Source: Hyalangium minutum (GTDB lineage Bacteria > Myxococcota > Myxococcia > Myxococcales > Myxococcaceae). Taken from it: DNA of 64,000 nucleotides. Shown piece by piece: positions 49,382-59,208 of this stretch. Below the pieces are notes generated by a model that was given only the letters and a program-made list of their open reading frames with translations, had not been told where the DNA came from and ran no database searches. The position numbers were made by a program, and so were the translations under genes. Position 1 is the stretch's first letter. Every line of letters starts with the position of its first letter. The stretch covers positions 264,373-328,372 of the forward strand of contig NZ_JMCB01000009.1 in the NCBI RefSeq assembly GCF_000737315.1. The letters are read 5' to 3'.

Positions 49382-51571
49382 ATGACCCGGTTCCGACTCG
49401 GACAGCGCTGGAAGCGCGAACGCACGGCCCACCCGATGGATTCCATCGCCCTGGAGCTCCACGGCGTAAATCTGTTGACGGGAGCGGTGGAGGAGCCCCT
49501 GGCGGAGGTGGTTCCCGCCCTGGTGGGGGCCGTCGCGGCGCTGCGTGCGGGGAAGAGGCGGCTGGCGCAGGTGTCTCTGCCCGAGGCCAGCCTGGAGCTG
49601 GTGCTGCGACGCGCCGGCGTGGAGGTGGAGCTGTCCGTGGCGAGCCTGGGCCGGCCCGCCCGCCTCCTGAGACCGCCAGTGCGGGTGGAGCTGGACGAGC
49701 TGTCCGAGGCAGCGCAGGGCTGCGCGAAAGGTTTTCTGGCGGATATTTCCCAGGCGTCCCCCCGGGGGCTCCCCTCCTCGCTGACCAAGGGGCTGAAGGA
49801 GTCGCTGCGCCTGCTCGGCGCCCCGGTGAGCCTCAAGAAGGAAGCCCCGCCCGAGCCCTTCACCGTCCGGGTCGAACCCACCGAGGACCCAGGCTTCGGC
49901 TTCGAACTGAAGGACCCGACGGACCTGCTGCGAAGCCATGAGAAGGGCCAGGGCACGGCGTTGGGCTCGCTGCTGTGCTCCGGCGAGGTGTGGCTGAAGC
50001 TGGCTGGCCGCGCACAGGCGTGGAAGGCGGCGGGCCCTCCGTTCCTCACGGCGCTGGAGCTCTCGCGGCAGGCGGGAGAGCTGGCCCGGGCGGTGGAGCT
50101 GGGCGAGAAGAGCTTCTCCTTCGAGCTGGGGGGCGTGCGGCCCGCCTTCACGCTGGAGCTGGACAAGGGCAAGGGGCGGCTGGGCCCGGGCACCTCCGTC
50201 GCAGTGGATGGCACGGCGCTGGCGGCGGCGATGTTCCACCTCGGACAGGCGCTGGCGCTCGCCATCGCCGAGCGGGACCGGAGCCAGTCCAACAATCCTT
50301 ATCTGGTGGAGCTGACCGAGCGCTGCCGCGAGGGCCTCTCGCACCTGCGCGGCCCGGTTCAACCTCCAGAGGGCGCGGGAGAGGCGCGGGGCAAAGGGCG
50401 CACCTCGCGACGAACCGGGCGTCCCCTGCCCGTGCCGGGGAGGCTGCGCCGGTTGCGCTTCGAGAAGCGCTGGGAGCAGCGCGGGCTGGAGGGTGCCGAG
50501 TCCGGGCAGCTCATGCTGGGACGGCAGGGGCCGGTGTTCTGCTCGAAGGAGCAGGCCCTGGCACTGGCGCGGAAGGACGGGCAGGAGCTGTGGCGTCGCG
50601 AGGCAAGCCAGGGGGTCGCGGCCACGGCGGACGGGTACGTGGTGACGGCGGATGGGGATCGCGTCCTGTGCTTCATCAGCGCGGGGAAGAGCGCGCGCTG
50701 GCTGCATGACCATGACGGGCTGCCGCTGGGCCCGCAACTCCTGAGACAGGACGGACTGCTCGTCACGCTGTCGGAGCAGCGCACGGTGCTGGCCTTCGCC
50801 GAGGTGGCGGGCCGCGAGGTGTGGCGCCTGGCCCCGGCCAAGACGCAGCGGAGCTGGCTGGCGCTCCAGGGGCACCGGGCGCTGGTGGCCACGGACTCGG
50901 GCTACCTGTACGGGGTGGACATGGCGGACGGTCAGGTCCGCTACCGCATGCGCGCGGGAGTCCCCTTCCAGGGGACGCCCGTGGCCTGGGGCAAGCGCTT
51001 CGTGACGCTGCTGGGCCGGGGGGACCACCACGCGCTGCTGATGGCGGACGCGCACAGCGGGGACGTGACGTGGACGTGCGAGCTCCCGATCGCCCTGCCC
51101 TCCGCGCCGCTCCCGGCCCGCACCCGCGTCTACGTGGCCGGGGAGAAGGATCGCGAGGGCGTGCTCGTGTGCGTGGACGCACGCGGAAAGCAGCTCTGGG
51201 AGCGCCCGCTGCACCTGGGCGCGGGGCCGTTCGCGCTCACGGCCCTGCCTCGGGGCGTCATCGTCACCTCGGCCAGTGGCGCGGCCGCACGGGTGAGCAC
51301 CTCTGGAGAGCTGGAGTGGCGCGTGGGGGCCGTGGGCGAGCCACTGGCCCGGGCGCTGCCCGCGAAGGTGTCGCGCGGGGTGGTGCTCATCCCGGGCGAG
51401 CAGGTCCGCGCGGTGGAGCCTCGCGGAGGCCAGGTGCTGGCCGAGGTGCGCGCCGGAGCTGGGCTCGTGGGGCTGCAGGTGGATGCCCGGCTCGGGCTCT
51501 ACTTCCTGGACGAGGCTGGCACCCTCACCGCGTACCAGCTCACGTCCCACTTCGCCGTCGTGGAAGGCTGA
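49382..51571 (+). CDS. hypothetical protein with C-terminal PQQ-like beta-propeller
   Basis: Repeated G..LW, GREVWR, GDVTWT, GKQLWE, GELEWR blade motifs. RBS GGGAAAGG. Confidence 0.78.
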   Translation: MTRFRLGQRWKRERTAHPMDSIALELHGVNLLTGAVEEPLAEVVPALVGAVAALRAGKRRLAQVSLPEASLELVLRRAGVEVELSVASLGRPARLLRPPVRVELDELSEAAQGCAKGFLADISQASPRGLPSSLTKGLKESLRLLGAPVSLKKEAPPEPFTVRVEPTEDPGFGFELKDPTDLLRSHEKGQGTALGSLLCSGEVWLKLAGRAQAWKAAGPPFLTALELSRQAGELARAVELGEKSFSFELGGVRPAFTLELDKGKGRLGPGTSVAVDGTALAAAMFHLGQALALAIAERDRSQSNNPYLVELTERCREGLSHLRGPVQPPEGAGEARGKGRTSRRTGRPLPVPGRLRRLRFEKRWEQRGLEGAESGQLMLGRQGPVFCSKEQALALARKDGQELWRREASQGVAATADGYVVTADGDRVLCFISAGKSARWLHDHDGLPLGPQLLRQDGLLVTLSEQRTVLAFAEVAGREVWRLAPAKTQRSWLALQGHRALVATDSGYLYGVDMADGQVRYRMRAGVPFQGTPVAWGKRFVTLLGRGDHHALLMADAHSGDVTWTCELPIALPSAPLPARTRVYVAGEKDREGVLVCVDARGKQLWERPLHLGAGPFALTALPRGVIVTSASGAAARVSTSGELEWRVGAVGEPLARALPAKVSRGVVLIPGEQVRAVEPRGGQVLAEVRAGAGLVGLQVDARLGLYFLDEAGTLTAYQLTSHFAVVEG

Positions 51572-52723
51572 TCAGAACTTGAACTCGGTCTGCAGCTTGA
51601 GGCGCTTCTCCGCGGGCTTGTGCGTGCCCACGCCGCCCACGTCCGCGCCGTAGCTCACGGTCTCGTAGTCCGCGATGCTGCGGATGTTCTTGTTCCACCG
51701 GTAGCCCACGCCGGCGATGAGCAGGTTCAGCGTGTCATTCTCCACGACGCGGTCCGGCTCGAGGTGGTCATACCGGGCGACGACATCCACGCCCTCCATG
51801 ACGGGGGCATGCGACAGCTCACCCACGTTGACGACGGCGAACCCATAGAGGCCGTGGCCGGTGACGAGGTTCTCATCGCCCACCGTGTAGCGGCCCTTCA
51901 CCTTGGGCTGGGAGTCCCGGGCCACGGCGTACGCCCCCGCCACCGTCAGCGGCGCGCTCTGGAAGCCCACCTCGCCAATCACGCGGGACTTCGCGCGGGC
52001 CGCCAGCCCCGTGTCGTCATACTCGCCAAACGAGCCGTAGCCGGTGACGAAGACGCCCGAGGCCAGCCCTCCCATGGAGGCGAGCGGGTTGACGGTGAGG
52101 CGCGCCTGCACCTCCTTGCGCTTGCCGAGCTCCGAGAACCGGAAGCCCTCGCCATCCGTCAAGTTCACCTGGAAGCTGCCGTACTTGGAGGGCAGCGAGC
52201 CGCCCACGGCCAGACCGATGTCCGCCGAGGTGATGTAGCCCCAGCGATCCATCGGCAGCGGCCCCTGCACGCGGTAGCCCCAGAGATCCTCCTCATAGGG
52301 GATCCACGCCAGCGGGAGGATGCCCGCGCGCAGGTAGAGGCCCTTGGCCACCAGGTCCTTCACCTCGATGAAAGCGGACTTCGTCTCGGCCAGGAACACC
52401 TGGTTGCCCGAGGCGTTGCGAGTCACTCCACTGTCCAGCGTGAGCTGGAAGCGCACCTTGTCGGTCGCGAAGTACTCGCTCTGCAGGTAGATGCGATCGA
52501 TGGTGAACTGGTTGGAGTTCTTCGCCTCCTGGCCCAGTTCGTACGAGTAGCGCAGGTAGGCCTTGGCCGAGAGCTTCACCTTGTCCGTCCAGCTCGAAGC
52601 GGCTGGAGCGGAGGCCGCAGGCGGAGAGGACTCGGCGGGCGGAGGGGAGACGGGTTCAGCGGTCTGCGCCAGCGCGAGGGCCGGCGCGAGCCAGAGGACA
52701 GAGGCGGACAGAAGTGGCTTCAC
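51572..52723 (-). CDS. outer membrane beta-barrel porin (OprO/P-like)
   Basis: Signal peptide (ALA), alternating beta-strand pattern, terminal Phe (QTEFKF). Confidence 0.72.
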   Translation of the reverse strand: MKPLLSASVLWLAPALALAQTAEPVSPPPAESSPPAASAPAASSWTDKVKLSAKAYLRYSYELGQEAKNSNQFTIDRIYLQSEYFATDKVRFQLTLDSGVTRNASGNQVFLAETKSAFIEVKDLVAKGLYLRAGILPLAWIPYEEDLWGYRVQGPLPMDRWGYITSADIGLAVGGSLPSKYGSFQVNLTDGEGFRFSELGKRKEVQARLTVNPLASMGGLASGVFVTGYGSFGEYDDTGLAARAKSRVIGEVGFQSAPLTVAGAYAVARDSQPKVKGRYTVGDENLVTGHGLYGFAVVNVGELSHAPVMEGVDVVARYDHLEPDRVVENDTLNLLIAGVGYRWNKNIRSIADYETVSYGADVGGVGTHKPAEKRLKLQTEFKF

Positions 52724-52857
52724 GGGGGGAGCTCCATTCCAACGATGCGGGCGAGCAGCACCTAGCCGCTCGCCGCGAGCACCTTAACGTCCTCCCCTCT
52801 TTCGTAATCCCACAGTTGGGTGACGTTTTATGACTGGAGCTGCAACGATCCGTGTGG

Positions 52858-53769
52858 CTACGGAGTCTTCGCGGCCGCGGCGGGATCGATCTCCTCCTCG
52901 GGGCGCGTCTCCTCGGTGGCGCCCTCCCACTTCATGCCCGCGCTGAGCCGCCAGTCGGAGGGCACATCCAGCTTCCACAGATAGTTGGCGTCCGCGGTAC
53001 CGCCCGAGGTCGAGCGCGAGCTCACCTTGAAGGCGATCTCCATCTTCGCCACCTCGCTGGGCACCAGGTCCATGTCGTAGTGGCCCAGCACCATCTGCGG
53101 GGGGAACTCGGCGATGTAGCGCTCCGGGTAGTCGATCTTGTTGGAGGGATCCTGGCCCTTCATCTCACCGAAGAGCTTGCCCTTGGCGTCCGTCAGCTTC
53201 CACGACGCCTCGAAGGCGGCGCTGGTGATCATCTTCTTCACCTTGCCGTCGTCCTTCAGCTCGCGCTGGGCGCCCCAGAGGGCCAGCAGGAAGCGCACCT
53301 GAGGCGTCCCCTGCACCATCACCACGTCCGCGGACACCACATCCAGCCGCATGCCCTTGTCCGTGGCCGTCCACACCGGGCTGTACTTGCCCTTGCGGAA
53401 CGCATCGAACACCTTGCGCGTGTACTCGTAGGCCGCCTTGCGCTCGGCGACCTTCTCGTCCTTGCCGCCCTCGGCCTTGCGCTCCACCTCGGCGATATAG
53501 GAGTCGAACTCCTTGTTGCCCTTGTACTTGGTGAGGTGGGCGTCCACCTGCTCGAAGTACGTCTTGAAGAAGGGGGCCAGCTCCTCCCGGTACGACTTCT
53601 CATCCGGGTTGGTGCGCATCCACCCTACCCGCTCCAGGTAGTCCTTCTGGATGCGCGCGGCGTCCGCATCCTTCTGGGCCTCCAGCGCTTCGGCCTTCAG
53701 CCGCTTGTGGAACATGATCGAACCGCCCAGGACCGCGGCGAGTAGGGCGAGGACACCGAAGTAACGCAT
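52858..53769 (-). CDS. hypothetical membrane-anchored protein
   Basis: One N-terminal TM helix, typical codon usage, RBS GGAG. Confidence 0.78.
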   Translation of the reverse strand: MRYFGVLALLAAVLGGSIMFHKRLKAEALEAQKDADAARIQKDYLERVGWMRTNPDEKSYREELAPFFKTYFEQVDAHLTKYKGNKEFDSYIAEVERKAEGGKDEKVAERKAAYEYTRKVFDAFRKGKYSPVWTATDKGMRLDVVSADVVMVQGTPQVRFLLALWGAQRELKDDGKVKKMITSAAFEASWKLTDAKGKLFGEMKGQDPSNKIDYPERYIAEFPPQMVLGHYDMDLVPSEVAKMEIAFKVSSRSTSGGTADANYLWKLDVPSDWRLSAGMKWEGATEETRPEEEIDPAAAAKTP

Positions 53770-53824
53770 CTGCTGAGACTCTCCTTAGGCGTTCGGGCGC
53801 ACAGTGATAGAAGAATTCCCTTGA

Positions 53825-54859
53825 GTGATCCAGGCCACGGGAACCCACCTCTTGACGGTACCGCTCCCTCTCGAGGAGGGCGGCCTGCTGGACGGCACCC
53901 AGGTTGCCTATGAGACGTATGGAGAACCGTCAGGCGAGAACTCGGTAGTCCTACTGCACGACGCGGCCCAGTCTCACCGGGCGTTGGGTCCACTGGAGGA
54001 CGCTCCGTATCAGCCGTCCGGCTGGGGCCGGGAGCTGATTGGAGAGAAGCGGCCGCTGGATCCCTCCAGCCTGCACCTCATCTCCATGAACCTGCTGGGC
54101 AGCCCGTTCGGCACCACCTCGCCCCTCACCGAGGACCCGTTCACGGGGCAGATGCTGGGGCCCGCGCTGCCGCTGCTCACCACGGGAGATATGGCCCGCG
54201 CGATCTCCGCGATGCTGCGGAGCATGGGGCTCAAGCGCGTGCGGGCGCTGGTGGGCGTGGGACTGGGAGGCCTGGTGGCCTTGCGCCTGGCCGCCCTCTT
54301 CCCCGACATCACCGCGGGGGTGGTGGCCATTGGCGCGGCGAGGGCCCTGCCCGAGGCGCTACGGGACCGGGTGGGGATGTTCCATCAGCTGATGTGGATG
54401 GACCCCGAGTACAAGGAGGGCTTCTACCGTCCAGGCGGCGGGCCGCTGAAGACGATGAAGAAGCTGCGGCTGGAGTACCTGCGGCTGCTGTACGGCCGCG
54501 AGTTCCTGGCGGCGCGATACCGGGACATCGACGTGGCCGAGAAGACGCTGGACGACGACGCCGAGGCCTTCGCCAAGACCTTCGATCCGAACGCGTGGAT
54601 CCTGATGACCACGGCCTACGCCGGGTGCGATCTGACGGAGTACCTGCCGAAGGTGCAGGCCAAGGTGCTGCTCATCGCGGGGGCCTCGGACGTGCTGGCG
54701 CCACCGGCCCGGGTGCGCGAGACGTATCACCTGCTGAGCGCGGCGGGCGTGCAGGCCCGCTACCACGAGATCCAGGGCCTGAGCGACCACGGCGCCCTGC
54801 TGACCGAGACCCGCCGCATCAACGGGCCGGTGCGCGACTTCCTGCGCCGGCTGCGCTGA
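53825..54859 (+). CDS. homoserine O-acetyltransferase (MetX)-like alpha/beta hydrolase lacking the nucleophile Ser
   Basis: LEEGGLL..QVAYETYG, NLLGSPFGTTSP, F...FDPN, SDVL, DHGA. The nucleophile elbow reads GVGLGG instead of GxSxGG. Confidence 0.8.
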   Translation: MIQATGTHLLTVPLPLEEGGLLDGTQVAYETYGEPSGENSVVLLHDAAQSHRALGPLEDAPYQPSGWGRELIGEKRPLDPSSLHLISMNLLGSPFGTTSPLTEDPFTGQMLGPALPLLTTGDMARAISAMLRSMGLKRVRALVGVGLGGLVALRLAALFPDITAGVVAIGAARALPEALRDRVGMFHQLMWMDPEYKEGFYRPGGGPLKTMKKLRLEYLRLLYGREFLAARYRDIDVAEKTLDDDAEAFAKTFDPNAWILMTTAYAGCDLTEYLPKVQAKVLLIAGASDVLAPPARVRETYHLLSAAGVQARYHEIQGLSDHGALLTETRRINGPVRDFLRRLR

Positions 54860-54868
54860 GGCGCGGGC

Positions 54869-55507
54869 CTACCACTTCGGCATCGGGGGCGCGGCGAGCC
54901 GGGCGCGCAGGGCCCCCACGAGCATCTGAATGGCGATCTCGTTGTTGCCGCCATGAGGGACGATGATGTCCGCGTGGTGCTTGGAGGGCTCCACGAAGCC
55001 CATGTGCATGGGGCGCACGTGGCGCAGGTACTGGTTGACGACGTGATCGAAGTCGCCGCCGCGATCCTTGATGTCGCGGGTGAGGCGCCGAAGGATGCGC
55101 AGGTCGTCGTCGGCGTCCACGTAGACCTTCACCTCGGTCTCGTCGCGGATGTCCTTCATGTGGAGCACGAGGATGCCCTCGATGAGGATGATGTCCCCGG
55201 GCTCCACGCGGACGGAGCCGCTCTTCCGCGAGCAGGTGATGAAATCGTAGATGGGCTTCTCGATGGCCCGGCCCTGCTTGAGCTCCTTCAGGTGGCGCAC
55301 GAGCAGCTCGGTGTCGAACGCATCCGGGTGGTCGAAGTTGACCTGCCGGCGCTCCTCGAGCGGCATGTCCTTCAGATCCGCGTAGTAGGAGTCCTGATCG
55401 ATGAAGGCGACACGGCAGTCGGCCAGCGCCTCCCGGATCTTCCGGCAGACCGTGGTCTTGCCCGAAGCGGTGCCTCCCGCGATGCCAACGACGAGGGGTG
55501 ACGACAT
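54869..55507 (-). CDS. udk: uridine kinase
   Basis: GIAGGTASGKTT, IDQDSYY, NFDHPDAFD, ILIEGIL, RRLTRDI, ADIIVP. Confidence 0.95.
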   Translation of the reverse strand: MSSPLVVGIAGGTASGKTTVCRKIREALADCRVAFIDQDSYYADLKDMPLEERRQVNFDHPDAFDTELLVRHLKELKQGRAIEKPIYDFITCSRKSGSVRVEPGDIILIEGILVLHMKDIRDETEVKVYVDADDDLRILRRLTRDIKDRGGDFDHVVNQYLRHVRPMHMGFVEPSKHHADIIVPHGGNNEIAIQMLVGALRARLAAPPMPKW

Positions 55508-55676
55508 GGCGGGCCACCTATCGCAGCAGCCCGGCGGGCGCAAGGCTGTGTCGGAAACGGGACATACCCGGAAGGTGGGGGACCAGGCCCCACCCTGAGA
55601 GGGCTGGGTCTTCTGCCCAAGAGGTCCGCGCTAGGCTGGACGGGTTCCGCCCGAGAGGGCCCAACTGGAGCAAGAC

Positions 55677-56282
55677 ATGGCCATGACATCGCGCCGGGGG
55701 TGGCTGCTGGCCGCCGCCGTTCCCCTGCTCGCCTGTGGCGAGCCTTATCCCTGTGAGAAGAACGTGGAGATCCTGGAGCCGATGCTCCTGGCCGGTGCGC
55801 GCGAGATGCGCATCACCTGCGCCTCGGGGACGCAGCACAGCCTGAGCACCGGCATCCGGATGTCCCAGACCTACGGCACCTCGAGCCTGACCCAGACCAC
55901 CATTGACCTGTTCGTCAACGTCGAGAACACGGCGGAAGCCATTGGGCCCCTGCTGTACATCGACATCCCCAAAGAGCTCGAGGACGGCACCTATTCGGTG
56001 GAGGGCCCCACGCCGCCCATCAAAATCACCTCGGTGGAGAACCTGCGCGGAACGATCACCTTCCAGCGCACCCGCAACTTCCCCTTCGTGGACCAGGTGG
56101 ATCCGCCGGAGGGAGAGGTCAGCAACGCGGTGGTCGTGACGCTCGACCTCCAGGGCTCCTATGACTTCCATAATACGTGCGGCAAGGGAACCTTCGCCCT
56201 GGGCCCGGTCACCCTCAACCTCCGGCGCACCTCCGAGGTGGGGATCTGCCGCACGGACGTGAAGCTGGGCGGCGGCCACTGA
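55677..56282 (+). CDS. hypothetical lipoprotein
   Basis: Leader SRRGWLLAAAVPLLAC, beta-rich body with four further Cys. Confidence 0.72.
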   Translation: MAMTSRRGWLLAAAVPLLACGEPYPCEKNVEILEPMLLAGAREMRITCASGTQHSLSTGIRMSQTYGTSSLTQTTIDLFVNVENTAEAIGPLLYIDIPKELEDGTYSVEGPTPPIKITSVENLRGTITFQRTRNFPFVDQVDPPEGEVSNAVVVTLDLQGSYDFHNTCGKGTFALGPVTLNLRRTSEVGICRTDVKLGGGH

Positions 56283-56300
56283 CAGCCAGCGCGCGTGTGG

Positions 56301-57626
56301 CTACCGCGCCACCACGGAAGGAGCCGCACGGTCGTTCCGGTAGATGACGCCCTCCTTCATCACGAAGAAGACCTGCTCGGTGCGGCGGATGTCCTGGAGC
56401 GGGTCTCCCGGCACGGCGACGACGTCCGCGAGCTTGCCGGGCTCCAGCGTGCCCAGCTGGTTCGTCAGCCCGAGCAGCTCGGCGTCGATGATCGTGGCGG
56501 CACGCAGGGCGTCGGCGGGAGAGAGGCCCGCCTCCACCAGGAGGGCGAACTCCTCGGCATTCCGGCCGTGGGCGAAGACGCCCGCATCCGTGCCGAAGGC
56601 AATGCGCACCCCTCGGGAGATGGCCTTGCTCACGGCCTGTCGCGCGGCGGCGTCGGCGGCCTTGTACTTGGGAATCTGCTCTGGTGACAGGAGGCCCTTC
56701 TCGTAGCGCTCCTTCACGCCCTTCAGGGCGCTCCGGGTGGGGACGAAGAAGGTGCCCTTGCGCTTCATCAGATCGAGCGCCTCGTCGTCGAGGAATGAGC
56801 CGTGCTCGATGGAGTCCACGCCCGCGCGGATGGCGCGCTTGGCACCCTCTGCGCCGTGGGCGTGCGCGGCGACCTTGCGCTTGCGGGCGTGAGCCTCGTC
56901 CACGATGGCGTCCAGCTCGGCCTGGGTGAGCTGCGGCGAGTCCACGTCGTCATTGCGGCTGAGCACGCCGCCCGTGGCGCACACCTTGATGACGTCCGCG
57001 CCGTACTTGAGATGCTCGCGGACCCTGGCGCGGAAGGCGTCGGGCCCATCCGCCACACCTTGGCCGGACTCCTGGGCCAGCAAGCCCTTGCGGTACGAGT
57101 TGCCGCCGTCACAGTGGCCCCCCGTGGAGCCCAGGCCCGAGGTAGCGGCGATGATTCGCGGCCCCACGGCCCTGCCCCGGCGGATACCGTTGCGCAGCCC
57201 GATGTCGATGAAGTCCTCGCCGCCCAGGTTGCGGATCGTCGTGAAGCCCGCCATGAGCGTGGCGCGGGCGAACGGCAGCGCCTCGAGCGTGCGCTCGGGG
57301 ATGGTGCGCTGCATGCGGTCGATGACGTCCTGCCGCCAGTCGTCTCCTGGCTGGCCGGTGATGTGCGTATGCGCATCGATGAACCCGGGCAGCAGGGTGG
57401 CATCTCCGAGCTCGATCACCTCGGCGCCAGCAGGAGCGGAGACGTTCGAGCCCGCGGCGGTGATCTGGCCTCCCGTCACCACCACCACGCCGGGGGTGAC
57501 GAGCTTGCCGCTCTTCGCATCGAAGAGGCGCGCGGCCTTGAGGACAACGGGCTTCGGGGGCTCCGCGGCGGAGACCGGCAATACCCAGAGGAGAGCGAGC
57601 AGGAGGACGATTCGCATGCGGTGCAT
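56301..57626 (-). CDS. metal-dependent amidohydrolase (Xaa-Pro dipeptidase-like), secreted
   Basis: LLPGFIDAHTH, GFTTIRNLG, DVIKVCATGG, AAHAHG, SIEHG, AFGTDAG, GKLADVV. Confidence 0.92.
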   Translation of the reverse strand: MHRMRIVLLLALLWVLPVSAAEPPKPVVLKAARLFDAKSGKLVTPGVVVVTGGQITAAGSNVSAPAGAEVIELGDATLLPGFIDAHTHITGQPGDDWRQDVIDRMQRTIPERTLEALPFARATLMAGFTTIRNLGGEDFIDIGLRNGIRRGRAVGPRIIAATSGLGSTGGHCDGGNSYRKGLLAQESGQGVADGPDAFRARVREHLKYGADVIKVCATGGVLSRNDDVDSPQLTQAELDAIVDEAHARKRKVAAHAHGAEGAKRAIRAGVDSIEHGSFLDDEALDLMKRKGTFFVPTRSALKGVKERYEKGLLSPEQIPKYKAADAAARQAVSKAISRGVRIAFGTDAGVFAHGRNAEEFALLVEAGLSPADALRAATIIDAELLGLTNQLGTLEPGKLADVVAVPGDPLQDIRRTEQVFFVMKEGVIYRNDRAAPSVVAR

Positions 57627-57862
57627 TCCGTGCACAATGCACCGCCGAGTCAATTCCCTCACGCCTGGTCGGGCCCCGCCTCCCCTTCGCTCCACTGCGA
57701 ATGGAGTGCGGGCTGATTGCAATAGCACCGGAGGGTGGTGAGTCTTGGTGGGAGCCATTGGCTGTGCAGCGGGCACTGTTTGGGCCAACTGCTCCCTCCT
57801 CCCTGCTGGGCTATCCTCCTCGTGTCGTTCCCTGTTCCGTATCCACCCGACGGAGTCTCGAC

Positions 57863-58192
57863 ATGACAATCCGCACGCTGTTGTTGGTTCTCACCACTAC
57901 CACCCTGTCTGCGCTTGCTGGCTGCGCCACCCCGCAGACGGCTCCCCGAGAGGAGGCTGCCGTCAACACCTCCTCCCAGCAGGGCTCGGAGCAGGGCGAG
58001 CACAAGGGATGCAGCTGCGCCCTCCGCAAGGAACAAGGAGGCGCCGCCGCACAGGCCGCGGACGGCAAGGGGTGTAGCTGCCCTCATTGTGCCAAGACGG
58101 CCGCCGACACCGACGCGAAGGAAGGAAAGACGTGCGGCTGCTCGCACAAGCACGAGGGCAATCAAGCCCAGGCCCTGGACAACGTGCGCTGA
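57863..58192 (+). CDS. small Cys/His-rich lipoprotein
   Basis: Lipobox LAGC; CSC, CSCPHC and CGCSHKH clusters. RBS GGAG. Confidence 0.72.
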   Translation: MTIRTLLLVLTTTTLSALAGCATPQTAPREEAAVNTSSQQGSEQGEHKGCSCALRKEQGGAAAQAADGKGCSCPHCAKTAADTDAKEGKTCGCSHKHEGNQAQALDNVR

Positions 58193-58262
58193 GCGCACTT
58201 CGGACGGCTGAGCAAGAGCCCGGCCCCATCCACTCCTGGCGTCCGCTCCATCCTCCTCCGGG

Positions 58263-58289
58263 GCCGCCTCCTGTTTAGCCGGAGGCGGT
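58263..58289. terminator. hairpin between convergent genes
   Basis: GCCGCCTCC-N9-GGAGGCGGT. Confidence 0.45.
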
Positions 58290-58365
58290 TCTCTCCATCC
58301 CGCGCATGGGTACCGCGCTCCCACGGCCCGTCTCACGACGGAGCATCTCCCTCGGCCATGCTCCC

Positions 58366-59208
58366 TCAGCCCGGGGGAGGCTGGAGTGGCCCGCCGATGA
58401 CATTGTCCATGGTGCGCACGACGGTGCCGCGCGAGGTACGCGGGGCCAGCCAATCGAGAAAGGCGATGAAGGTGGAGCGCGAGATGCAATACGTCTCGGA
58501 GGAGGGACACGTCGTCGGCGAGATGTGGTGGAAGACGAGGGGCACCCAGCCCCCGCCGCCTGCCTCGGCCCGGAGCACCAGGTTTTGCAGGTAGCTCAGC
58601 GACCAGGCCCGGGTGACCGAGCCGTGCGTGCGAATGGCGTAGACGTCCTGGGGCGGGACAGACTCGGCATAGGGGCAGCCTCGGCAACCGCTGGGCGTTC
58701 GCAAGCCGCCCGACTCCCGGCCCGAGTTGTAACCGCAGTCGATGACCAGCTGACGGGTTCTTGAGTCTTCATCGCCGAATGGGTAGGCGAACGACGTCAC
58801 TCGCAATCCCTCTTTCAGCAAGGCGGCCCGGTCGTCGCAGATCTCGTGCCGCTGCTCGGCCTCGCTGAGCGTGGTGAGACGGGGATGGGAGATCGTATGA
58901 CCGCCCACCTCATGGCCTGCGGCCTGGAGCTGCTGAAGCTGCTCATACGTCAGATAGCCAGACGTCCCCACGCGCCCGCTGTTGACGTAAAAGGTGCCGC
59001 GCATCCCTCTCGCAGCAAGGAGGGGACCTGCCTCGGCCTGACTGGCCAAGTTGTCATCGAAGTTGAAAGAGACGATGAGCTGTCCAGGCTCGAGAGCGAG
59101 CGCCTCGGAGAACTCGAGGAACGGGTCCTCCGGTCCCTGACACGCCAGGGCCAGCAGCAATGACACCATCGACAGCGAGAGAAAGAGCGCCCGGCGGTAC
59201 CAACGCAC
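58366..59208 (-). CDS. polysaccharide deacetylase (NodB/CE4) family lipoprotein
   Basis: SFNFDD, HEVGGHTISHP, SFAYPFG, VFHH; lipobox LALAC. Start uncertain. Confidence 0.87.
   Translation of the reverse strand: MRWYRRALFLSLSMVSLLLALACQGPEDPFLEFSEALALEPGQLIVSFNFDDNLASQAEAGPLLAARGMRGTFYVNSGRVGTSGYLTYEQLQQLQAAGHEVGGHTISHPRLTTLSEAEQRHEICDDRAALLKEGLRVTSFAYPFGDEDSRTRQLVIDCGYNSGRESGGLRTPSGCRGCPYAESVPPQDVYAIRTHGSVTRAWSLSYLQNLVLRAEAGGGGWVPLVFHHISPTTCPSSETYCISRSTFIAFLDWLAPRTSRGTVVRTMDNVIGGPLQPPPG

Noticed and set aside
57659-57860. Minus-strand frame encoding LHSQW twice with different codons (QCPLHSQW / QPALHSQW)
   Set aside because: There is no convincing start or RBS in that frame within the intergenic gap. 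One short local 5-mer repeat is expected by chance among this many frames, so I do not call a RiPP precursor.
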